From Macrostomum lignano (taxonomy: Eukaryota): a stretch of DNA of 64,000 bases. Positions 23,801 to 31,811 of this stretch are shown here, in pieces; position 1 is the stretch's first letter, and each line of letters begins with the position of its first letter. The notes under the pieces were generated by a model. The model made no database searches, had not been told where the DNA came from, and was given only the letters and a program-made list of their open reading frames with translations. Both the position numbers and the translations under genes were made by a program. Location: contig NIVC01000019.1 in the NCBI GenBank assembly GCA_002269645.1, positions 1,054,001 through 1,118,000 of the forward strand. Direction: 5' to 3'.

Positions 23801-26379
23801 ATCGCCCTTCCAAAGAATCGCCCTTCCAAAGAATCGCCCTTCCAAAGAATCGCCCTTCCAAAGAATCGCCCTTCCAAAGAATCGCCCTTCCAAAGAATCG
23901 CCCTTCCAAAGAATCGCCCTTCCAAAGAATCGCCCTTCCAAAGAATCGCCCTTCCAAAGAATCGCCCTTCCAAAGAATCGCCCTTCCAAAGAATCGCCCT
24001 TCCAAAGAATCGCCCTTCCAAAGAATCGCCCTTCCAAAGAATCGCCCTTCCAAAGAATCGCCCTTCCAAAGAATCGCCCTTCCAAAGAATCGCCATTCCC
24101 AAGAACTACTGCACTTTTCCAGTCAGAATAATATTTTTAGTAAGTTATACACGCGCGCTACTTGCAGCAGTATTCACTAGCCAAGCAAGCAACCAACCAA
24201 ACGCAGGTGAACGGAGCGGTCAGGTGGACGGGCATTGTGGGCGACCTGTCCACGGGTCAAGCCGACCTGGCCGTGGCGCCCATGACCATCACGCCTGAGC
24301 GAAATCTGCGAGTGGCCTTCACCAAGCCGTTCAAATACCTGGGCCTGACCATTCTGGTGAAACGGGTGAGGCCTTGAGGTGGCCATTTAGCGGTTGGGTT
24401 GAATAAAGAGATGAATAGAGAAGAGTTCTCTGATTTTGCTTTAGCTAGATTAGTTAGAGCAGGGGGCTGTGTGCACCCCGGCGCACTTTAAGCGACATTG
24501 TCACACAACCGGCGAGAGACATTACCACCAAGTGCAGTACACAAGCGCGCGGATACGTACGCAGTCATACGCACAGGCACACACTCACACAGGAGTGTAC
24601 AGCGGCCCTAAATTTATTTATCTTTAGGCATGTACACTTCACTGTGCCTTGGGGGTTGGGTCTCAAGGCCGTTAATTGCACGAGCAGAGCCAAGCCGAGA
24701 TTCCAATTTAGCCCCCAATTAACCCAGTCAATTATCGCAGGCTACGGCTGTGTCAAAAATATGCTGAAATAGTCTATGGCCTGCTCTGCAGGCCATTCCG
24801 CAAGCTACGTTGGTGAATAGAATCCCAACCAGCAGTGTAGGGGTTAATGCGACTGCACTTGGAATCGAGCCTGGGCCGCTGGTACATCACCAGCAGCCTT
24901 CTCATCTCATCTATCCTACCTTATCTATGGTGAGATAGGATGAAATTTGAATGGGTTTATGGTGAGATAGGATGAGATTTGAATGGGTTTATGGTGAGAT
25001 GGGATGAGATTTGAATGGATTTACGGTGAGATGGGATGAGATTTGGCTAAGTGTATGGTGAGATGGGATGAGATTTAAATGGATTTATGATGAGATGGGA
25101 TGAGATCAATATGAGATTTGGCTGGGTTTATGGTGAGATGGGATGAGATTTAAATGGATTTATGGTGAGATGGGATGAGATCAAGATGAGATTTGAATGG
25201 GTTTATCATGAGATAGGATGAGAGTTGAATGGGTTTATGGTGAGATGGGATGAGATCAAGATGAGATTTGGCTGTGTTTATGGTGAGATGGGATGAGATT
25301 TGGCTGGGTTTATGGTGAGATAGGATGAGATCAAGATACGAATTCGGTTAAAATTAGGGTGATATTAAAATGCTAAACTTTGAATGTTTTTATGTTTAAA
25401 TTGACATCGGAGTCAGGTAAGGGTGATAATAAAATTCTATTTTTCCTGTAACAAAAATTTCCAGAAACCGCCAACCAGCAGCCTGGGCTCGTTTCTGCAG
25501 CCGTTCGAGCGCACCCTGTGGGTTCTGGTCGGCCTGTCAGTCCACGTGGTCGCCCTGGTGCTGTACCTGCTCGACAGGTTCTCCCCGCTTGGCCGGTTCA
25601 AGCTCGCCCGCAATCAGCAGGGCACAGACGAGGAGGCGCTCAACTTGTCCAGCGCCATGTGGTTTGCCTGGGGCGTCCTGTTGAACTCTGGCATCGGCGA
25701 GGGCACGCCAAGGAGCTTCTCGGCCAGGGTGCTGGGCATGGTGTGGGCCGGCTTTGCCATGATAATTGTGGCCAGCTACACCGCCAACCTGGCCGCCTTC
25801 CTGGTGCTGGACCGGCCAGGCGGACACATTTCCGGCATTGATGATGTCCGGGTGAGGCTGAGGGATGAGGCTGGTATCACTTGTTTGATAAGGCTGGTAT
25901 CACTTGTTTGATAAGGCTGGTATCACTTGTTTGATAAGGCTGGTATCACTTGTTTGATAAGGCTGGTATCACTTGTTTGATAAGGCCCTCTCACCTTGTT
26001 TGATGATGCTATATCACCTGTTTGATGAGGCTGTCTCACCTGTTTGATGAGGCTGTCCTAACTGTTTCATGAGGCTGTCTCACCTGCTTGATGAGGCTGT
26101 CCCACCTGTTTGATGAGGCTGATTCACAGCCATGAGTTAAAAGTACACGTATAAAATCAATAGATTTTTAAAAGAATTGCCTGTCGGAAAATTCAACCCT
26201 CGCCCCATTTAAAACCGATGCCGCCGCAGCTGAGAAACCCTGGCAATAATTTCACCTTTGCCACGGTGAAGAACAGCCCAGTTGAGGAGTACTTCAAGCG
26301 GCAGCTGGAATACGCCACTATGACCCGCACCATGGACCAAGACAAGAAGAAGTACTACGACGTGCAGTCAGCCATCGAT
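3915..26379 (+). CDS. GRIN1: NMDA-type ionotropic glutamate receptor subunit 1 (GluN1/NR1)-like; join(3915..4619,4955..5469,6016..6312,6743..7002,23504..23628,24207..24365,25465..25851,26230..26379), 3'-incomplete in window
   Basis: Eight exons with GT/AG boundaries and matching phases (0,2,2,1,0,0,0) give 2598 nt = 866 codons with no stop. GluN1 signatures: [58 protein letters not shown] (M1), [15 protein letters not shown] (M2, N site), [35 protein letters not shown] (M3), LRNP..ATVK..YFKRQ (S2). Confidence 0.95.
4626..4780. repeat. Degenerate about 15-bp G-rich repeat (GGGATTAGGGAGTGT), GluN1 intron 1
   Basis: Direct reading. Confidence 0.8.
4955..5469 (+). CDS. GRIN1: GluN1 exon 2: ATD, with Arg-rich insert
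   Basis: Acceptor ctgcag|GTT; [32 protein letters not shown]; donor GA|GTGAGC at 5470, phase 2. Confidence 0.9.
5510..5912. repeat. 26-bp minisatellite (GTTGGGATTTCCCGTTGGTTATGAAG), intron 2
   Basis: Direct reading. Confidence 0.9.
6016..6312 (+). CDS. GRIN1: GluN1 exon 3: end of ATD
   Basis: Acceptor ctcag|G; [34 protein letters not shown]; donor AG|GTGGGT at 6313, phase 2. Confidence 0.9.
6335..6722. repeat. 15-bp minisatellite (TACCTGACCCTACTC), intron 3
   Basis: Direct reading. Confidence 0.9.
6743..7002 (+). CDS. GRIN1: GluN1 exon 4: ATD-LBD linker and start of S1
   Basis: Acceptor gcgcag|G; [22 protein letters not shown]; donor G|GTGAGC at 7003, phase 1. Confidence 0.88.
7050..8200. 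repeat. 15-bp G-rich minisatellite (TTGGAGTGTGTGGGA) with interspersed CT-rich blocks and higher-order duplications, 5' end of intron 4
   Basis: Direct reading. Confidence 0.92.
8823..8855 (-). terminator. Candidate poly(A) signals of the LRR-TM gene
   Basis: Two AATAAA hexamers on the minus strand (TTTATT at 8823-8828 and 8850-8855), 215-245 nt past the stop codon. Confidence 0.5.
9069..10175 (-). CDS. LRR-TM gene exon 3 (LRRs, TM, cytoplasmic tail)
   Basis: Acceptor gcccag at 10178-10176; canonical LRRs, TM helix, stop at 9069. Confidence 0.92.
   Translation of the reverse strand, partial: TLRLVNARLAEDQIPNALDRLQKLRRLDLSGHRFRRLSNGVLAGLTGLRELDLSNGSLACLFDRNFGIMKWLEQLNLANNDIRVIGQRALLGLASLSSLDLSGNPIEEVQQGAFCSLPASVKQAPSPLASFNFSSTISGAVNLSEPCPEGFDPNRLVLSSRPQCLLPKPRQSDSNGNGKSGSGSQSRHTFLIIIGLCVAFLLITVISMMAYKGWSKRKNAELARDEEKELELQAMVAAADAPAASGGSNGNSKKPPNNGRHHRHSGGGKSSSKKSPSAAETPSGAQQGEPGAAEGAAEVEVVRAQVESPDKAAAAASTPTEPSAAAAAPAEQNPSAPGPQLRPGVTLMTSVPEDSDLEARAITTLVVV
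9069..12138 (-). CDS. Type I transmembrane leucine-rich-repeat protein (634 aa; signal peptide, about 13 LRRs, one TM, disordered tail, no TIR); complement(join(9069..10175,10888..11290,11744..12138)); nested in GluN1 intron 4
   Basis: Exons 395+403+1107 nt = 1905 nt splice in frame (AG|GTCAGT / cag|C phase 2; GAG|GTGAGT / cag|ACG phase 0). Signal [26 protein letters not shown]; LRRs such as [55 protein letters not shown]; [25 protein letters not shown] followed by KGWSKRK. Confidence 0.9.
10445..10792. mobile_element. MITE-like non-autonomous DNA transposon in LRR-gene intron 2
   Basis: Perfect inverted termini TAGATGGGCCACTCAG (10445-10460) / CTGAGTGGCCCATCTA (10777-10792), readable as TA TSD plus 14-bp TIR; second inverted pair 10487-10504 / 10743-10760 (17/18 match); no ORF. 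Confidence 0.7.
10888..11290 (-). CDS. LRR-TM gene exon 2 (LRRs)
   Basis: Acceptor aaacag at 11293-11291; donor GTGAGT at 10887; [33 protein letters not shown]. Confidence 0.9.
11464..11690 (+). mobile_element. Dispersed SINE-like repeat, copy A (LRR-gene intron 1)
   Basis: Clear homology to the reverse complement of 24471-24876 (e.g. CCCAGGCTCGATTCCAAGTGCAGTC, CAAGGCACAGTGAAGTGTACATGCCTAA, TAGGGCCGCTGTACACTCCTGTGTGAGTGTGTGCCTGTG). GGCTCGATTCC resembles a Pol III B box. SINE identity is inference. Confidence 0.65.
11744..12138 (-). CDS. LRR-TM gene exon 1 (signal peptide, Cys cap, first LRRs)
   Basis: ATG at 12138; donor GTCAGT at 11743. Confidence 0.85.
12655..13232. repeat. (GAGGA)n pentanucleotide microsatellite
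   Basis: Direct reading. Confidence 0.95.
14452..15002. repeat. 33-34-bp minisatellite (CATGAGTTTAGYGCCAGTTTAAGCTCGGCAGGCC)
   Basis: Direct reading; period 34 at 14531/14565. Confidence 0.9.
15684..15865. repeat. (TGTC)n microsatellite
   Basis: Direct reading. Confidence 0.95.
16575..17005. repeat. GA-rich hexamer repeat (GAGAGG/GAGAGT)n
   Basis: Direct reading. Confidence 0.9.
17655..18720. repeat. CT-rich repeat (CT)n/(CCCTCT)n/(CACTCT)n
   Basis: Direct reading; reverse complement of the 16575-17005 array type. Confidence 0.92.
19385..19835. repeat. 13-bp minisatellite (TCTCACCCCTCTG)
   Basis: Direct reading. Confidence 0.9.
20440..21230. repeat. 18-bp minisatellite (CTATCTCCTATCTCACAC), decaying to (CTAT)n
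   Basis: Direct reading. Confidence 0.9.
22335..23365. repeat. 12-bp C-rich minisatellite (CAACCCTACACT), 3' end of intron 4
   Basis: Direct reading. Confidence 0.93.
23504..23628 (+). CDS. GRIN1: GluN1 exon 5: S1
   Basis: Acceptor cccag|GC (phase 1, matches exon 4); [41 protein letters not shown]; donor GTGAGT at 23629. Confidence 0.92.
23645..24100. repeat. 16-bp near-perfect minisatellite (GAATCGCCCTTCCAAA), intron 5
   Basis: Direct reading. Confidence 0.95.
24207..24365 (+). CDS. GRIN1: GluN1 exon 6: end of S1
   Basis: Acceptor acgcag|GTG; [47 protein letters not shown]; donor GTGAGG at 24366. Confidence 0.95.
24471..24876 (-). mobile_element. Dispersed SINE-like repeat, copy B (GluN1 intron 6), about 190 bp longer internally than copy A
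   Basis: Inverted homolog of 11464-11690; blocks 24471-24515, 24562-24656 and 24844-24876 align by eye. Confidence 0.65.
24925..25335. repeat. About 32-bp minisatellite (TATGGTGAGATGGGATGAGATTTGAATGGGTT), intron 6
   Basis: Direct reading. Confidence 0.88.
25465..25851 (+). CDS. GRIN1: GluN1 exon 7: pre-M1, M1, M2 pore loop, M3
   Basis: Acceptor ttccag|AAA; near-identical to the GluN1 channel core including the N site and SYTANLAAF; donor GTGAGG at 25852. Confidence 0.97.
25862..26125. repeat. 23-bp minisatellite (GATAAGGCTGGTATCACTTGTTT), intron 7
   Basis: Direct reading. Confidence 0.88.
26230..26379 (+). CDS. GRIN1: GluN1 exon 8: first half of S2
   Basis: Acceptor ccgcag|CTG; [50 protein letters not shown]; donor GTGAGT at 26380. 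Confidence 0.93.
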
Positions 26380-26624
26380 GTGAGTTATTTTGTCCGTTTC
26401 CTATTTTGCATGCTTCGATCTGGCTACTGATAGTAGCGATAACTTGTTGATATCATTAATACAAATGTATTATTTGAATTGCATTCGCTAAAAAGAGCAC
26501 ATGAAGATCTATTGGAAAACGTTCTGTTTGTCTCTAAGGTGAGATAACTTCCTTTAACTGTCTTCGTTCAAATAATTAAACAGTAATGTTTATATATCTA
26601 TAAGGGAAAATCTATATTAAAAAG

Positions 26625-26970
26625 GGAGTTCCCGGGTATCGAAGGAAAATCCCAACATATCCAAGGGAATTCACGCGTATCCAAGGAAAATTCCAACATA
26701 TTCAAGAAAATTCCCGCGTATCCAAGGGAAATCCCAACATATTCAAGAGAATTCCCGCGTATCCAAGGGAAATCCCAACATATCCAAGGGAATTCCCGCG
26801 TATCCAAGGGAAAACCCAACATAACCAAGGGAATTCCCGCGAAGCCAAGGGAAATCCCAACATACTCAAAGGAATTCTCGCGTAGCCAAGGGAAATCCCA
26901 ACATACCCAAGAAAATTCCCGCGTATCCGAGGAAAAACCCTAACATATCCAAGGGAATTCCCGCGTACCT
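26625..26970. repeat. 41-bp (20+21) minisatellite (ATCCAAGGGAATTCCCGCGT ATCCAAGGGAAATCCCAACAT)
   Basis: Direct reading; period 41 at 26713/26754/26795. Confidence 0.88.
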
Positions 26971-27754
26971 ATTCAATCTGAATGAACATCGACATGTCTG
27001 AAGATTTAATCGATAAATCTAAAGGAAAAGATTGCTACTGAAAGTAAAAATAAGATTGTCCAAATTAGAAGGAAAACCAGTATTAAGCTTTTGCAGGCTT
27101 CCCGAGTTTGTAATTAGACGGTTTCCTAAGGCCCGGGGCCTCTGATATGTTTGCTATTGTTAATTAAACACTAATTAGAATCTTTCTCCTGCTCAAAGCT
27201 GCTGATCCCTTCCGGTCGGGCCTCGGGCATCTCTCTTTAATTTGTGCTCAGTAATCTATTTTCTCCCTTTCTTTTCTTCAAGGGAACTGTAAAAGATGAC
27301 GAAAAACAACAGCGAGACTTTCTTGCTCCACTTTTCCCCTGCCCGAAGCCGCAGCGCTGGCGTATTTTTATCCAGCTAATCTGCGCGCTCAACCCCGGGG
27401 CTTTAGATAATTATGCTCTCATCGAAGCTCAGCTAATGCCTCCTAGTTAGTTAGAGTCTAGAGCTTGCCTAGTGCTCGCTTGCCTGCTTCTGGGCGCCCC
27501 GTGGACCGCGTGGACTTTCCAATATGAGAAGGGGCTGGTCCCCTCAGGACCGGCCGCTAAGTCCTCTAATCCAGTCCTTCCCGCAGTCTCTCAGCTGCTT
27601 GTCTTCCTTGCTCTTCAAAAATTGCATGTCCTGAGCAGTTCGGCATGCCCTCTCGTCGTCTGACTAACTTTTTTTTCGCGCGAATTTATATTAACTTTTT
27701 GCAACTCAAGAACACCTGAATTTTGCTTTTGATAGCAGTTTGCAATGCAGATGA

Positions 27755-28110
27755 TGCCTGGCACTTAAAATTCTATGGCTTTATAGTAGCTTCCAATCGA
27801 GATGCTCTAAAAGTCCATGGTTTTAATAGTAGTCTCCAATCCAAATGCCTGATGCCTAAAAGTCTATGGCTTGATAGTAGTTTCCAATCCGCAGATGCCT
27901 GACACAGAAGTCCTTGGCATGAGTACTAGTTTCCAATCCAGATGCCTGACTTTAAAAGTCTATGGCTTGAGTAGGGTAGTTTCCGATTCACAAATGACTT
28001 AAAAGTCCATGGTTTGAATATTAGTTTCCAATCCACAGACGCCTGACATAGAAGTCCATGGCTTGAATACTAGTTTCCAATCCAGGTGACTTAAGTCTAA
28101 AACTCCATGG
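27755..28110. repeat. Degenerate about 55-bp tandem repeat (..TTCCAATCC..GATGCCTGAC..AAAGTCCATGG..)
   Basis: Direct reading; 6-7 diverged copies. Confidence 0.7.
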
Positions 28111-28519
28111 CGGCGCCGCAGTGTTAAGCCGGTAACAAATCTGTCATATTTTTGAGCAGGAAGTGCCGCAGATGCGTGTTTTTATTTATTAAAGAAAACA
28201 GTCCCTGACTGGGGCGGTGGTTGAGACGCCTCGGCCGTGAATTAATTAGTGAAATTGCTTTTGTCGTGCATCCTGCCGGCTGCTGCTGACAGCGGCCAAG
28301 GGGCTGAGGCCTGGGCTGAGCAGGAACCCACGACTGGGTGGGGGGGGGGCGGGGTGGAGACTGGGCTGCTGCGACCTCGGGAGTTTTTGTTGAGCCTCGT
28401 TGCTCTTCTCCCCTTTATGCGTCCTTGGTTGCATTATTTAGACTGTAAATGGGAAAGTTGTGAATAGCTGGGAATAGATGATTTGGTCATTGAGCTGCTG
28501 GCCTTTGCACCGAGATGGG

Positions 28520-29080
28520 TTATCAACGGCGCTAATATTGGTATCAACGGCGCTAATATTGGTATCAACGGCGCTAATATTGGTATCAACGGCGCTAATA
28601 TTGGTATCAACGGCGCTAATATTGGTATCAACGGCGCTAATATTGGTATCAACGGCGCTAATATTGGTATCAACGGCGCTAATATTATCAACGGCGCCAA
28701 CATTGGTATCATCGGCGCCAACATTGATATCAACGGCGCCATTATTGATATCAATGGCGCTAATATTATCATCGGCGCCAACATTGGTATCAACGGCGCC
28801 AATATTGGTATCGACGGCGCCAATATTAGTATCAACGGCGCCAACATTGATATCGACGGCGCCATTATTGATATCAATGGCGCTAATATTATCAACGGCG
28901 CCAACATTGGTATCATCGGCGCCAACATTGATATCAACGGCGCCATTATTGATATCAATGGCGCTAATATTATCATCGGCGCCAACATTGGTATCAACGG
29001 CGCCAACATTGGTATCAACGGCGCCAATATCAGTATCATTATCGCCAATATCAGTATCATCATCGCCAATATCAGTATCG
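28520..29080. repeat. 21-bp minisatellite (GGTATCAACGGCGCTAATATT)
   Basis: Direct reading. Confidence 0.92.
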
Positions 29081-29504
29081 ATATGCAGTATAAAGGCAAT
29101 TAACGTTATCCACTATTGTTGACACTCGCTCAGCGTGCCAGCGTCCATTAACTGAAATATTGACTATGCATGCAGTGCTGTGGAGTTGCCAGGCAAACAG
29201 GACTCTGACTAGCTGTCTAGCTGGAGATTATAAGCTCGTTACCGTATTTGCTCACCAGACCTTATTTGACTAGTTGGCGAAATTAACAAAAATATTCTTC
29301 CATCACTTTCTAGCATACATCCATCAAATAGAAGGCTATTTGGTTTACATGAACCGGCTATACATATCATTACATAGAGACTTTTATGCTAATTAGGAGT
29401 AAAATACCTTGGCATATTTGCACAAATCTTATCAGAAAAACTGGGCAGAGATGAGAGTTCAGAGCCCTGAGAGTGGTTGGTAGGAACATTATTAAAAAGT
29501 GTAG

Positions 29505-29705
29505 CAGAGACAGAGAAAGATAGAGATTAGATAGCGGAGATGAGACACAGAGCAGGATAGAGATTAGATAGGGGAGATGAAACACAGAGCAGGATAGAGA
29601 TTAGATAGCCGAGATGAGAGACACAGAGCAGGATAGAGATTAGATATGGGAGATGAGAGACACAGAGCAGGATAGAGATTAGATAGGGGAGATGTGAGAC
29701 ACAGA
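29505..29705. repeat. About 40-bp GA-rich tandem repeat (GAGACACAGAGCAGGATAGAGATTAGATAG..)
   Basis: Direct reading; 4-5 copies. Confidence 0.8.
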
Positions 29706-30244
29706 CGGAACGAAAGAGGACTGCAAGTTACCCGTAGCCCAGCTCTGCCCCAGATGTCCGTCTTCAGCCATCCCTGGCCTCGCAGGTGTCTTACTGCCTT
29801 GAATTTCTCAATCACTTCCACCTGCTGTTCCCACATAAATCGCATTTCTCTTTTATTGACTCCCAGCGGCCCCAATTTTCTTCCCCCAAAGCCCCCGTCC
29901 GAGCTGCATCTGGCCCTCTGGCGGCCTCCCCGCTGTGCGCAATGGCACGGAAGAATGCTTAAATAGCTCCTGCTGCCTCTTTCTCCTAGAGGACAGGCTT
30001 GCCTTTGGCTCGATCGAGTCTCAGGATGCACGGGTTCGGCTTGCACCTGCTTATCTCTCTCCCATTCCTTCTTTCCTTCCGTTCGCGTGTTTCTCCGTCT
30101 CTTGCTGCTGCTGCCTCCTAGCCTTGGTAACAAAACATTTGGCCTGGAGAGTGGGGTCCGGGTTGACAATCGATTTTGGCTGGCCCAGTTGGTGATTCGT
30201 TTCGTGTGCCAGTTCGGGACCTGGATGGGAAAGAGCGATGTTTG

Positions 30245-31180
30245 TCTGTCTTAGTGTCCTGGTGTCTTAGTGTCCTGGTGTCTTAGTGTCCTGGTGTCTT
30301 AGTGTCCTGGTGTCTTAGTGTCCTGGTGTCTTAGTGTCCTGGTGTCTTAGTGTCCTGGTGTCTTAGTGTCCTGGTGTCTTAGTGTCCTGGTGTCTTAGTG
30401 TCCTGGTGTCTTAGTGTCCTGGTGTCTTAGTGTCCTGGTGTCTTAGTGTCCTGGTATCTTAGTGTCCTGGTGTCTTAATGTCTTGGTGTCTTAGTGTCCT
30501 GGTATCTTAGTGTCCTGGTGTCTTAGTGTCTTGGTGTCTTAGTGTCCTGGTGTCTTAGTGTCCTGGTGTCTTAGTGTCCTGGTGTATTAGTGTCCTGGTG
30601 TCTTAGTGTCCTGGTGTCTTAGTGTCCTGGTGTCTTAGTGTCTTCATTTATAAGTGTTTTATGTATGAGTGTCTTCATGTCTTGTGTCTTCATGTCTTGT
30701 GTCTTCATGTCTTGTGTCTTCATGTCTTGTGTCTTCATCTCTTAAGTGTCTTCATGTCTTGTGTCTTCATGTCCTGTGTCTTCATGTCTTGTGTCTTCAT
30801 GTCTTGTGTCTTCATGTCTTAAGTGTCTTCATGTCTTAAGTGTCTTCATGTCTTAAGTGTCTTCATGTCTTGTGTCTTCATGTCCTGTGTCTTCATGTCT
30901 TGTGTCTTCATGTCTTGTGTCTTCATGTCTTAAGTGTCTTCATGTCTTGTGTCTTCATGTCTTGTGTCTTCATGTCTTGTGTCTTCATGTCTTGTGTCTT
31001 CATCTCTTGTGTCTTCATCTCTTAAGTGTCTTCATCTCTTAAGTGTCTTCATGTCTTGTCTCTTCATCTCTTAAGTGTCTTCATCTCTTGTGTCTTCATC
31101 TCTTAAGTGTCTTCATCTCTTAAGTGTCTTCATGTCTTGTCTCTTCATCTCTTAAGTGTCTTCATGTCTTAAGTGTCTTT
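30245..31180. repeat. Two-domain minisatellite: 16-bp TCTTAGTGTCCTGGTG, then 15-bp TCTTCATGTCTTGTG
   Basis: Direct reading; switch near 30640. Confidence 0.92.
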
Positions 31181-31811
31181 AAGTAGAAATGTCTCCGTGT
31201 CTGAATTATTTTCATGTCGTTACTCTTCAGGCCACTTTGCTGGTCAGTTTAGTCGCCAATTGCCTCAGCCAAAGCTTCACTCAGAAACAAAAAATTCCCA
31301 AACTAATTTTGTTGCTACTCCAATCCTGTGAATTCCTCTATCTCATCTGTCTTTATCCAACTCTCTCTCTACATTCCTTTATCGTTCCCAGATCTCCACA
31401 AACCAGTTTCTGTTCTACGAAAATAGAGGAAAGTGAGAAAAAAGATCAGAACGTCATTCCCCGTCTTTCTTCGGCTAGCAATCAATAACGGAGTGCAAAT
31501 CAACAAAATATTTTTATCAACAAATCTCCGCCTTTATCAGCTTTTTTGCCTGGCGATAGAAGCCTGGCTGGAGGGGGGAGGGGCGATAATCTCCATGCAA
31601 ATCGATGCGCTGGGATGCAGGTGTCAAATCGACTGTCAGAAGCGCTTTCGATAACATTTTGCTTTTTCTTCTGTTCCCCTACGTGCCGATAAATCTGAGG
31701 GAAATCTGTGAGGGCATTGCGGCTCACTGCGCAAACAAACTGCTTTTGTAGGCGGGGAAACTCGATATTTTTCTATTTTTGCCATGGTAACTGCAGGGAG
31801 TCATTCCGTAC

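Noticed and set aside
29932-29950. AVRNG peptide as the missing GluN1 exon 9 start
   Set aside because: No AG acceptor before GCT, and the downstream sequence (TEECLNS) does not match KLxAFIWD.
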